Below, piece by piece: positions 29,555 to 38,232 of a DNA stretch of 51,746 nucleotides. The DNA is taken from the NCBI GenBank assembly GCA_017857705.1, contig JAFMCP010000003.1, positions 1-51,746 of the forward strand. The letters are read 5' to 3'. How positions within the stretch are numbered: position 1 is the stretch's first letter; every line of letters starts with the position of its first letter. Both the position numbers and the translations under genes were made by a program. The notes under the pieces were generated by a model that ran no database searches, was not told the origin of the DNA, and saw nothing but the letters and a program-made list of their open reading frames with translations. This stretch comes from Candidatus Nanopelagicales bacterium (GTDB taxonomy: Bacteria; Actinomycetota; Actinomycetes; S36-B12).

Positions 29555-31171
29555 GTGACAAACCCTGCCCCTTCCCATAGGAATCACCAGCTGATTAACA
29601 AACTGGTCGCCGCCGGAACCTCATTCATTCTCGTTGCTGTCGGGGCAGTTTTTTTCGTTGACTCTGTTCGGTCCACACCCGCACAGGCTGACGCGGTTCT
29701 CGACCCGGCCGCAGCGAGTGACCCCGTAATTGAAGGTGTGGTGGGTGAGCAAGAGACTTCGGTTAACACCGTCGGGGATTTAGCCGATGTTAAGAACGTG
29801 GTATTCGTTCTTGTGGATGACCTAGATTGGAATCTCTTCAATCAAATCCCAAGACTCGCAGCTCTGAAGGAACAAGGAATCACTTTTACCAATCAAACCG
29901 TCACCGATTCACTCTGTTGTCCTTCGCGAGTTTCGATCATGCGGGGGCAATACATTCATAACCATAAAGTGATTTCAAACATTGAGAAAACTGGTGGCGG
30001 CTGGCCCACCTTTCGCGACCGCAGGGAAGAACAGGATTGCCTTCCGGTGTGGCTGGACAACGTCGGCGTCACAACCGCCCTATTTGGCAAGTACCTCAAT
30101 GACTTTCCATCCAAGCCCAGTGAAACCACCTATGTACCACCAGGTTGGGATGAGTGGGGAGTTCCTATTTCCCGCGGGGATTCCTACTCCGGATACAACT
30201 ACACCATGAACGACAATGGGACATTGGTTCGATATGGAAATAAGCCGTCCGATTTTCTCAACGATGTCATCACCCAAAAAGCCACTGATTTCATCGGAAC
30301 CGCTCCATCTCCGTTCTTCCTCGAACTATCAACGTATAGCCCACACAAACCAGCCCCCGTCGCAAACCGGAATGCACTTAAACACGGTGGGACTCTGGCT
30401 CCGCGCAACCCAACGTACAACTCCTATGGGGTTGACGAGCCAATGTGGATGCGCGAATTGGAAAAACTGACACCAAAGCAACTCGCAAGGGCTGACAGGC
30501 TATGGCAAAAGCGAGCTCGCTCAGCCGAATCAATTGGTGACTCAGTTGATGCAATCACTGCCAAACTCAAAGAAACCGGCCATGACAAGGACACCCTCGT
30601 CGTCGTCACAACCGATAACGGCTACCACGTAGCGGAACGACGTATGTATAAAGGAAAGCGCACTCCTTACGCTTCTGACACGGTTGTCCCCATGATTGTT
30701 ATGGGACCGGGTGTTCCTATGGGGGTCACCGTTGATGCCATGACGAGCACAACTGATCTGGGTCCCACATTCGCAGAACTTCTTGGTGCCACAGCGCCCA
30801 ACTGGGTTGACGGAAGATCACTCCTCGGTTTCTTCGCACAGGGTCAAACTCCACAAGGATGGCGTAATGCGGTCCTCTCGGAAAGCCTCGGAGTTTCAAC
30901 TCCTGAGGATCCCGACTTCCAAAAAAACGCGCCACCACAATTCTTTGCCCTTCGCACGGAGAAGTGGCTCTACGTTGAATACGTTGACGGCTCAAAAACC
31001 CTGTACGACCGGGAAAATGATCCCTATGAAATGGTGAACTTGGTGAAAACGGCGGACCCACTACTACTTCAGAGTTTGTCGGCACAACTCAAGCAGCTCA
31101 GCACATGCTCGGGTGATAGTTGCCGCACTGCAGATTCGGTGGCTATCCCGCTCGCAACCGTTTCTAATTAG
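29555..31171 (+). CDS. Exported/anchored Cys-type sulfatase (S1; N-acetylglucosamine-6-sulfatase-like)
   Basis: VFVLVDD, DSLCCPSR (C-x-P-x-R), GKYLN, PH.P, TDNGYH, GKRTPY, DLGPT, LYD...DPYE; N-terminal hydrophobic segment ending in AQA. Confidence 0.9.
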   Translation: MTNPAPSHRNHQLINKLVAAGTSFILVAVGAVFFVDSVRSTPAQADAVLDPAAASDPVIEGVVGEQETSVNTVGDLADVKNVVFVLVDDLDWNLFNQIPRLAALKEQGITFTNQTVTDSLCCPSRVSIMRGQYIHNHKVISNIEKTGGGWPTFRDRREEQDCLPVWLDNVGVTTALFGKYLNDFPSKPSETTYVPPGWDEWGVPISRGDSYSGYNYTMNDNGTLVRYGNKPSDFLNDVITQKATDFIGTAPSPFFLELSTYSPHKPAPVANRNALKHGGTLAPRNPTYNSYGVDEPMWMRELEKLTPKQLARADRLWQKRARSAESIGDSVDAITAKLKETGHDKDTLVVVTTDNGYHVAERRMYKGKRTPYASDTVVPMIVMGPGVPMGVTVDAMTSTTDLGPTFAELLGATAPNWVDGRSLLGFFAQGQTPQGWRNAVLSESLGVSTPEDPDFQKNAPPQFFALRTEKWLYVEYVDGSKTLYDRENDPYEMVNLVKTADPLLLQSLSAQLKQLSTCSGDSCRTADSVAIPLATVSN

Positions 31172-31508
31172 CGTCCGCTTGCTCTAACGTCGTTTGTCCC
31201 TCAGACTCTGTGATCAGAATCCGCGCAAATTCGCAACCTTCGAGTGTCACAACAAAGCCTGGCTTGTGTCCGTACACCGCGTTGAAGTCTTTCTTGCCCT
31301 GATAACGAGTGGTACCCAACATGATTACGCCCGGAAACCCAGTCCCCGGCGCACGGATCCCACGCAGGTGCACCCATAAGTCATCCACTCGGGCAATATT
31401 GATTACTTGATCAAGGCGCAGAGAGAAACTCCTTCTTAGCGCACCCAACTCCTCTTTCCTCGACAAGGAAACCCGCAAATATCTCCCTTGTGGGATGAGA
31501 AAAGCCAC
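31164..31508 (-). CDS. Conserved actinobacterial hypothetical protein
   Basis: LRGIRAPGTGFPGVIMLGT.R...KDF.AVYG pattern, recognised from small proteins encoded downstream of metB. Confidence 0.7.
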   Translation of the reverse strand: MAFLIPQGRYLRVSLSRKEELGALRRSFSLRLDQVINIARVDDLWVHLRGIRAPGTGFPGVIMLGTTRYQGKKDFNAVYGHKPGFVVTLEGCEFARILITESEGQTTLEQADAN

Positions 31509-31510
31509 GG

Positions 31511-32659
31511 CTAACCCAGAGCCTTCTCCAAGTCGGCCAATAAATCGTCCGCTTCTTCGATACCTACACTGAGTCGAACTAGATCGCTGGGTACTTCAAG
31601 TGGACTCCCACTCACCGAGGCGTGCGTCATGCGACCCGGATGCTCAATCAAAGACTCAACACCGCCAAGGGATTCACCCAGCGTGAAGAGCGTTGTTTTG
31701 GAACAGAGATCAACTGCTGCTTGCTCTCCAGCTTTCACTCGGAATGACACCATGCCACCGAAACCGCGCATTTGCTTTCTGGCAACTTCGTGGTTGGGAT
31801 GGGAAGCGAGCCCCGGGTAAAATACGTGACCCACCGATGAATGTCCTTCGAGCAGGTCAACGATTTTCGCCGCATTTTCATTATGTCGATCCATGCGGAC
31901 ACCGAGCGTCTTAATTCCGCGCAAAACCAACCATGAATCGAATGGGCCTGCAATAGCGCCCATGGCATTCTGGTGGTACGCCAATTGCTCGCCCAATTCA
32001 TGATCGCGAACCACGAGCGCTCCACCAACAACATCACTGTGGCCGCCAAGATATTTAGTAGTGCTGTGCACGACGGCGTCCGCTCCCAAAAGGAGTGGCT
32101 GCTGAAGATATGGGGATGCAAACGTGTTGTCGATAACCAGTAGCGCACCACCTGCGTGTGCGATCTCAGCAATTGCAGCAATGTCCCCAATATTGAGCAG
32201 TGGATTTGTTGGAGTTTCAATCCAGATCAACTTGGTTTTTGGTGTCATGGCGGCAGCGATTGCATCAAGATCCGTTACGGGTGCTGTTGTGTGGTCAATC
32301 CCCCATGGCTCCGCTACCTTTTTAAACAGTCGATAGGTGCCACCGTATGCGTCATTGGGAATTACGACATGGTCGCCGGGCTTGAGTACCGTGCGAATCA
32401 GGGTGTCTTCCGCTGCAAGCCCCGAGGCAAAAGCTAGACCGCGTGCGGTGTCAATTCCCGGCGCTTCAAGTGCCGCCATGCATTCTTGCAAGGCGGTGCG
32501 TGTTGGATTCCCGCTCCGGGAATACTCGTAGCCGTTTCGCAAGCCACCAACACCGTCTTGCGCATATGTGGAAACTTGATAAATCGGCGGTACGACCGCT
32601 CCCGTCATTGGGTCTGGTTCTTGCCCTGCGTGAATTGCGCGTGTATTAAACCCGTCCAT
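31511..32659 (-). CDS. metB: Cystathionine gamma-synthase/gamma-lyase
   Basis: YEYSRSGNPTR, FASGLAA, ETPTNP, DNTFASP, PLP motif HSTTKYLGGHSD, ESLGGVESL, RLSVGIE. Confidence 0.95.
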   Translation of the reverse strand: MDGFNTRAIHAGQEPDPMTGAVVPPIYQVSTYAQDGVGGLRNGYEYSRSGNPTRTALQECMAALEAPGIDTARGLAFASGLAAEDTLIRTVLKPGDHVVIPNDAYGGTYRLFKKVAEPWGIDHTTAPVTDLDAIAAAMTPKTKLIWIETPTNPLLNIGDIAAIAEIAHAGGALLVIDNTFASPYLQQPLLLGADAVVHSTTKYLGGHSDVVGGALVVRDHELGEQLAYHQNAMGAIAGPFDSWLVLRGIKTLGVRMDRHNENAAKIVDLLEGHSSVGHVFYPGLASHPNHEVARKQMRGFGGMVSFRVKAGEQAAVDLCSKTTLFTLGESLGGVESLIEHPGRMTHASVSGSPLEVPSDLVRLSVGIEEADDLLADLEKALG

Positions 32660-32728
32660 GCCTTCAGCCTATGGCGCATTGATGTGCGCGCGAGAGCAGA
32701 GGTCAACTATTGGTATTACATTAATGGC

Positions 32729-33370
32729 ATGTTTGGATTTGGAAAGCCCTCAATGGTCACCCCCGAGTCAGCCTTGCCGGGACGCGACTCTCGCCCGTTG
32801 CCGGTGGGTGACAAGAATGCCGTACTTGGCACTCCCCTTGAGGGACCATGGCCCGAGGGCTCGGAAGTGATCTATCTGGGTGCCGGCTGCTATTGGGGAG
32901 TTGAGGAGATCTACTGGAAAACTCCGGGAGTCATCAACACCAGTGTTGGTTTCATGGGTGGATTCACCCCCCACCCAACCTATGAAGAAACATGCACCGG
33001 TTTAACCGGTCACACCGAGACGACATTGGTGGTCTACAACCCTGAAATTATTTCCACTCGGGAAATTCTGACCATCTTTTGGGAAAACCATGACCCAACC
33101 CAAGGTGATCGTCAAGGCAATGATGTCGGCACTCAATATAGGTCTGCAATTTTTTGGACCACACACGAGCAAGAGTTGGCTGCAAAGGAAACAGCGCAGG
33201 AATATGAAGCCGTGCTACTTGCACAGGGCATGAATCCGATTACCACTCAGATCGCACCTGCCAGTGACTTTACGTATTACCTGGCCCAAGAATCTCACCA
33301 GCAATACCTGTACAAGAACCCGAACGGGTACCGCTGCCACGCGAATACTGGAATTGCATTCCCGCGCTAG
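32729..33370 (+). CDS. msrA: Peptide-methionine (S)-S-oxide reductase
   Basis: GCYWGVE, YEETCTGLTGHTE, HDPTQGDRQGNDVGTQYRS, HQQYL.KNP.GY. Start set at ATG 32729 (TACATT-N6). Confidence 0.96.
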   Translation: MFGFGKPSMVTPESALPGRDSRPLPVGDKNAVLGTPLEGPWPEGSEVIYLGAGCYWGVEEIYWKTPGVINTSVGFMGGFTPHPTYEETCTGLTGHTETTLVVYNPEIISTREILTIFWENHDPTQGDRQGNDVGTQYRSAIFWTTHEQELAAKETAQEYEAVLLAQGMNPITTQIAPASDFTYYLAQESHQQYLYKNPNGYRCHANTGIAFPR

Positions 33371-33379
33371 GCCACCGGT

Positions 33380-34756
33380 CTAGGTTGCTAGGAAAGCCAA
33401 GACATCTTGTCGGGTAATCACACCTGTTGGCTTACCGTCGTCGACCACTATCAATGCATCTGAGTCAGCGAGAGCCGCCATGGCAACCGATACCGATTCA
33501 CCCGCACCGACCATGGGCAGTGTTGGGCTCATAACGGATTCGACTGGATCAGAGAGGTGAACCGTCCCGTGGAATAGCGCATCAAGTACAACGCGCTCAA
33601 AGACAGCCCCGGACACTTCAGCTGTCATAATCGGTGGCTCGGCCCGGACAACAGGAATCTGTGAAACCCCATATTCTTTAAGGATTGCAATAGCATCGGC
33701 GACGGACTCTGTTGGGTGAGTGTGAATAAAGTCAGGCAAATGACCGTCACGGGATTTAGCCTTCAAAACATTACCGATTGTCTGATCCGTATCTGCCTGC
33801 ATAAATCCGTAGGTTGACATCCAATCGTCATTGAAAACTTTGGACAGGTAACCACGACCAGAATCCGGAAGCAAAACAACAATCAAAGACCCTGGTTCAG
33901 CCTTCGCGGCAACCCGGAGCGCTGCAACAACCGCCATGCCACATGAGCCACCAATAAGTAGGCCCTCTTCTCGCGCCATTCGACGGGTCATCTCAAATGA
34001 GTCTTTGTCCGAGACTGCAACAATTTCGTCTGCGATTTCCGGGTCATAGGCTGTTGGCCAGAAGTCCTCACCGACTCCTTCGACTAAGTATGGGCGGCCC
34101 GATCCGCCCGAGTAGACAGAACCTTCGGGGTCGGCACCGATTACTTTGACTTTGCCGTTGCTCACTTCTTTTAGATAGCGTCCGGTACCCGAGATGGTGC
34201 CACCGGTACCTACACCTGCAACAAAGTGTGTGACGGTTCCATCTGTTTGGTCCCAAATTTCAGGTCCGGTCGTTTCATAGTGTGAGCGAGGGTTATTCGG
34301 GTTGGAATACTGGTCAGGCTTCCAGGCACCTGGTTCATTGGAAAGTCGATCGCTGACACTGTAATAGGAACGTGGATCCTGCGGATCCACCGCCGTTGGG
34401 CACACAACAACTTCGGCACCATAGGCTTTCAACACATTGCGCTTGTCTTCGGAGACCTTGTCAGGGCAGACAAAAATGCACTTGTAGCCCCGTTGCTGAG
34501 CTATCAAAGCCAAACCAACACCGGTGTTTCCACTGGTTGGTTCAACGATTGTCCCACCGGGCTGTAATGAACCATCTTTTTCCGCAGCATCAATCATGCG
34601 CTCAGCAATTCGATCTTTGACCGAGCCACCGGGGTTGACGTATTCAACCTTGGCTACGACGGTGACCCCTTCGGGAACTATCCCTCTAATTACCTTGTTC
34701 AACTTGACCAACGGGGTGTTGCCAATTAGTTCGACTACTGAGTCATGAATCTGCAC
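33380..34756 (-). CDS. cbs: Cystathionine beta-synthase with C-terminal CBS domains
   Basis: KVEYVNPGGSVKDR, EPTSGNTG, GVGTGGT, EGVGED, PDSGRGYLSK, followed by a CBS pair. Confidence 0.96.
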   Translation of the reverse strand: MQIHDSVVELIGNTPLVKLNKVIRGIVPEGVTVVAKVEYVNPGGSVKDRIAERMIDAAEKDGSLQPGGTIVEPTSGNTGVGLALIAQQRGYKCIFVCPDKVSEDKRNVLKAYGAEVVVCPTAVDPQDPRSYYSVSDRLSNEPGAWKPDQYSNPNNPRSHYETTGPEIWDQTDGTVTHFVAGVGTGGTISGTGRYLKEVSNGKVKVIGADPEGSVYSGGSGRPYLVEGVGEDFWPTAYDPEIADEIVAVSDKDSFEMTRRMAREEGLLIGGSCGMAVVAALRVAAKAEPGSLIVVLLPDSGRGYLSKVFNDDWMSTYGFMQADTDQTIGNVLKAKSRDGHLPDFIHTHPTESVADAIAILKEYGVSQIPVVRAEPPIMTAEVSGAVFERVVLDALFHGTVHLSDPVESVMSPTLPMVGAGESVSVAMAALADSDALIVVDDGKPTGVITRQDVLAFLAT

Positions 34757-34820
34757 GGCACAACCTTACGTGAGTTTTTTTTCTCGACCACATGAGCCTA
34801 TGAACTTGTGCTTTATTGCA

Positions 34821-34841
34821 TGTTACTATTAATTAGTTACA
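34821..34841. promoter_or_regulatory. AT-rich 21-bp imperfect palindrome, candidate operator
   Basis: TGTTACTA-TTAAT-TAGTTACA (TGTnACTA-N5-TAGTnACA) in the divergent cbs / 106-aa gene gap. Confidence 0.4.
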
Positions 34842-34877
34842 TTAAGTAAGTAATCGTTTTGCGCATATGCTGAGAGT

Positions 34878-35198
34878 ATGGGATCAACCGGGGACATGGA
34901 ATTAACAAAGGACATGGAATCAGTTCACGTGGAAATGCTGCGTGAACTGGATCGAATCACAATTCGACTCGCCAGTTTGAATCCCGAACGTCTGGCTACT
35001 ATGGATCAACCCGTTTATCAGTGCGCGACTGCGCTCGTGAGTGCAACACCGGGAAACAACCACGAATTGAACAAGGTTGGTCCCGCCGCCTATGCCGCAC
35101 AACTTGTCGTTCTCACTCGGGACTTACTTGAGCAATACCCTGACGGACAACCAGCTGCCGCCAAAGCCCTTACTGAACTGCGGCGGAAACTTCCCTAG
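34878..35198 (+). CDS. Hypothetical helical protein (106 aa)
   Basis: Leaderless start (TATGCT-N6-ATG), fills the gap between cbs and yccA, amphipathic helices, C-terminal LTELRRKL. Confidence 0.7.
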   Translation: MGSTGDMELTKDMESVHVEMLRELDRITIRLASLNPERLATMDQPVYQCATALVSATPGNNHELNKVGPAAYAAQLVVLTRDLLEQYPDGQPAAAKALTELRRKLP

Positions 35199-36040
35199 TC
35201 GCGACCAGCAAGGATCGAGAGTAAGCGCAAGATTTCCAGGTAAAGCCACACGAGGGTCACCAGCAGTCCAAATGACAGTCTCCACGATTCACGCTCAGGC
35301 AACCCCATTGAAATACCCTGTTTGATCGCTTCAAAATCCAGCATTAAGGCAAATGAAGCAAGGAGTACACCTGCAGCGCACAAGAGCAGGCCTAAGCCAC
35401 CAACACCGTAGAAGCCCCAGCCACCGCCAACACCGAAGAGTGCACCAACGAGAGATGCCATGGCGATCACGAAGTAACTGATCATTGCTGCCATGAAGAT
35501 GCGCATGAACTTGCCATTGACTTTGACGATCCCTGTTCCGTAGAGGAACAGCATCACTCCGAATGCGGTAAGCGTGCCAATAATTGCCTGGCTGACTAGG
35601 CCCTGGTAGTTCTGTGCAAGAGCCATTTGGTCATATGCCCAGCTGATTGAACCCAACATGAGACCGGCGAAAGTCGCGTAGAGAAGCACAAGTGCCGGTG
35701 AGACTGCCTTTTTGAACGCATTCACCAGACCAAAAACCAATGAGCCGCCCAATCCAATCCACAAAATTGCAGGGATGCTGGGGACAAGAGCCCAGCCGAT
35801 GAAGGCCATGACCACTGTGATGACGAACAGAGTCGTGCTTTTCACGACTACATCAGCGAATGTCAGACGAGCCCCGCCACCAGCAGTGATTGTTTCGAAC
35901 TGCGCCTCTGTTCCGGCTGACCCGCCTGCCGCTTGCGTGTAGGCCGATTGGCCTTCGGCGTAGGCAAATCCCTCACCTTTAGCGGGCTGCTCATAGCGCT
36001 TAAGAATTGGGTTTGGGGTCTGTGAGAATCGTGTAGACAT
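35195..36040 (-). CDS. Bax inhibitor-1/YccA family membrane protein
   Basis: MSTRFSQTPNPIL, LT..DVV.KS, SP.LVL.YA...GL.LG, L.LDF.AI..G, AW-like 'SWRLSFGLLVTLVWLYLEILRLL'. Start set at ATG 36040 (TACCCT-N6). Confidence 0.92.
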   Translation of the reverse strand: MSTRFSQTPNPILKRYEQPAKGEGFAYAEGQSAYTQAAGGSAGTEAQFETITAGGGARLTFADVVVKSTTLFVITVVMAFIGWALVPSIPAILWIGLGGSLVFGLVNAFKKAVSPALVLLYATFAGLMLGSISWAYDQMALAQNYQGLVSQAIIGTLTAFGVMLFLYGTGIVKVNGKFMRIFMAAMISYFVIAMASLVGALFGVGGGWGFYGVGGLGLLLCAAGVLLASFALMLDFEAIKQGISMGLPERESWRLSFGLLVTLVWLYLEILRLLSILAGRD

Positions 36041-36083
36041 GTCAATAGGGTAACAAATAAACAGGAAACGAACAACATCAATG

Positions 36084-36157
36084 TGTCCCCGGTGGGATTT
36101 GAACCCACACTGTGCCGGGTTTAAGCCGGGTGTCTCTGCCGATTGGACTACGGGGAC
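36084..36157 (-). tRNA. tRNA-Leu(TAA), short variable loop, CCA not encoded
   Basis: Acceptor stem GTCCCCG/CGGGGAC plus discriminator A, D arm GTCC-AATCGGCAGA-GAC, anticodon arm CCGG-CTTAAAC-CCGG, T arm GTGGG-TTCAAAT-CCCAC. Confidence 0.95.
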
Positions 36158-36175
36158 GAGAAGGTTGCCCCTCTC
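36158..36175 (-). other. 7-bp stem with GCAA tetraloop abutting the tRNA 5' end
   Basis: The minus strand reads GAGAGGG-GCAA-CCTTCTC (one G-U pair) immediately before tRNA nucleotide +1. Confidence 0.5.
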
Positions 36176-36203
36176 TGGCGCAACTCTATCGACTGGCCAG
36201 TAG

Positions 36204-36590
36204 CTCCCGATACCAACGAGCACTGTCTTTGGGGGTTCGCTCACCAGTTTCCGGATCCACTCTGATCATGCCGAATTTTTTGGTCCAGCCGGAGGCACAG
36301 TTCTCCCCATTGAACGGGATGTACTTGCCAAGGCTGACGGTGATCACGTTCTCGTCGGGGTACGACCAGAAGACCTCAACCTGGCCGAGACAGGCCCTGA
36401 AATGAAGGTCACATTGGTTGAGGAACTTGGCGCCGACACTTTTGTCTATGGAACTACACCCGATGGTGTTAACGAACTCGTTGCCCGTTCGCGCGGGTTT
36501 ACGTCTCCGCGAGTAGGGGACACAGTGCATGTTGATCCGCAACGCACTTATGTTTTCACCGCCACGGGGATGCAGGGGCGGATCAAGTAG
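36204..36590 (+). pseudogene. 5'-truncated remnant of an MsiK/MalK sugar ABC ATPase (C-terminal regulatory/TOBE part)
   Basis: Open frame ...VLPIERDVL...VLVGVRPEDL...VTLVEELGADTFVYG...VGDTVHV..., bounded upstream by TAG 36201. No Walker motifs, no suitable start codon, and only 46 bp to the tRNA. Confidence 0.8.
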
Positions 36591-38232
36591 AAGAAATACG
36601 AAACCATCTCGTACAGTCGGGGGGTAGAACTTCGATTTTATCCCCCGATGCCTCCACGCTTTCACTATCTAGGAGTACTTCTGCTGTTCGCAAGAGCTCA
36701 GGAAGAAAAAAATCATTGTCTCCCGTGTTAACCGCAATATAGATCCCTTGATCGCGATGAAAAATCATTACGGAGGGCTCGCCGGACTCAATGAAACGTA
36801 CTGCACCGGAAAATTGTGAACGCAACTTAAGGCTGCGCGAATATAGACTCAACATGCTGCGAGGCTGATCCTGCTCCGCGCTGACAGTGAGTTCGGCCCA
36901 ATCACTTGGCTGCGGCAGCCAGGTGGGATTCATCGACTCTGTGAAGCCATATGGGGGTTGCTTCCCACACCACGGTAACGGGACTCGAGCGCCATCGCGT
37001 CCCTTTTGTGACCCTTTTGTTCGGAAAAAGACCGGGTCTTGGCGATCTGAATCAGGGATTGGGGCGTCGGGCAGACCAAGTTCTTCACCTTGGTAGACGT
37101 AGATTGAACCGGGAAGGGCGTGGGCAACCAGAGCCAGTGCGCGGGCACGTGCCAACCCTTTTTCCCCACCACCCAGTCGCGTGACCACTCGTGGCGAATC
37201 GTGATTCGACAAGGCCCACGTGGGAGGCGCACCAACAACCTCCACTGAGGTAATGGCCCGCATGATCGTGTCCTGCATAATTTCTGCATCCCACGCGACA
37301 ACGAGAAAATCAAAACCAAAGATCTGATGTAACGAGGTTGGTGACACATAGCGACCAGCACGGTGTGCCGGAACCCAAGCTTCACTAACCGCCATTCGAT
37401 CACCCGGATAGGAATCAAGCACTAGCCGCCAAGTGCGGTAAATCTCGTGAAGTTCATCCCGATCGAAAAAACCTGAATTCTCAATCAATAATCGCCGGGA
37501 TGCAGCTTCTGGTGATCCATCATCAAGATCAAAACGTAATGCCTGGGTCAGCCCGACGGGATCGGGCAAATCTGCATACGTCATGTCTTTCGCCAGGCCA
37601 TGTGCAACATCAACCCGAAAACCATCAACTCCTGCATCAAGCCAAAACCTCAGAGTTGCAATCCAATCAGCAGCAACTTCTGGGTTCGTCCAGTTCAGGT
37701 CAGGTTGGCTTGAATCAAATACATGCAGATACCACTGACCTGGTGATCCGTCTGCTTCAGTAACACGAGTCCACGCTGGCCCACCAAACATGCTTACCCA
37801 GTTATTTGGTGGTGCATCCCCTGAATCAACAAAGTGAAACCTTTTCCGTTCTGCCGATCCTGGTCGTGATGCAAGGGCCGCCGCGAACCACGGGTGCTCA
37901 ATGGAGACGTGGTTGGGAACCAAATCAACCATTAGTTTGATGCCCAGCTCGTGTGCACGCTCGATCAATGCATGGGCATCACTCATAGTTCCATACATTG
38001 GATCTACCCCACGTGGATCAGCCACGTCGTAGCCTGAATCATGCTGAGGAGATGGATAAAAAGGCGAAAGCCAAATGGCACTAATTCCCAAGTCCTTTAG
38101 GTACTGCAACTTTGATTGCACACCAACAAGGTCTCCCAGAGCATCGCCGTTTCCGTCTAAGAATGATCGTGGATAGATCTGGTAGACCGCTGCTTCTTGC
38201 CACCATTTTGTTGACACCATGTGTGCACTCAA
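36583..38232 (-). CDS. GH13 alpha-glucosidase (alpha-amylase family)
   Basis: WWQEAAVYQIYPRSF, DSGYDVAD, DLVPNH, catalytic triad in GFRVDVAH / VSEAW / SNHD, YQGEELG, RDGAR.P.PW. Confidence 0.94.
   Translation of the reverse strand: MSAHMVSTKWWQEAAVYQIYPRSFLDGNGDALGDLVGVQSKLQYLKDLGISAIWLSPFYPSPQHDSGYDVADPRGVDPMYGTMSDAHALIERAHELGIKLMVDLVPNHVSIEHPWFAAALASRPGSAERKRFHFVDSGDAPPNNWVSMFGGPAWTRVTEADGSPGQWYLHVFDSSQPDLNWTNPEVAADWIATLRFWLDAGVDGFRVDVAHGLAKDMTYADLPDPVGLTQALRFDLDDGSPEAASRRLLIENSGFFDRDELHEIYRTWRLVLDSYPGDRMAVSEAWVPAHRAGRYVSPTSLHQIFGFDFLVVAWDAEIMQDTIMRAITSVEVVGAPPTWALSNHDSPRVVTRLGGGEKGLARARALALVAHALPGSIYVYQGEELGLPDAPIPDSDRQDPVFFRTKGSQKGRDGARVPLPWCGKQPPYGFTESMNPTWLPQPSDWAELTVSAEQDQPRSMLSLYSRSLKLRSQFSGAVRFIESGEPSVMIFHRDQGIYIAVNTGDNDFFLPELLRTAEVLLDSESVEASGDKIEVLPPDCTRWFRISST

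Noticed and set aside
34775-34782. T8 tract in the cbs promoter spacer as a phase-variation site
   Set aside because: Too short, expected by chance in an AT-rich gap, and there is no evidence of length variation.
36040-36100. Integrated element at the tRNA-Leu 3' end
   Set aside because: The 3' end is 43 bp from the yccA start; I saw no integrase and no duplicated att sequence in the window.
36041-36244. Long N-terminal extension of the yccA ORF and overlapping ORFs 36112..36405 and 36186..36665
   Set aside because: They run through the tRNA or antisense/out of frame to the msiK remnant; yccA has a leaderless start at 36040.
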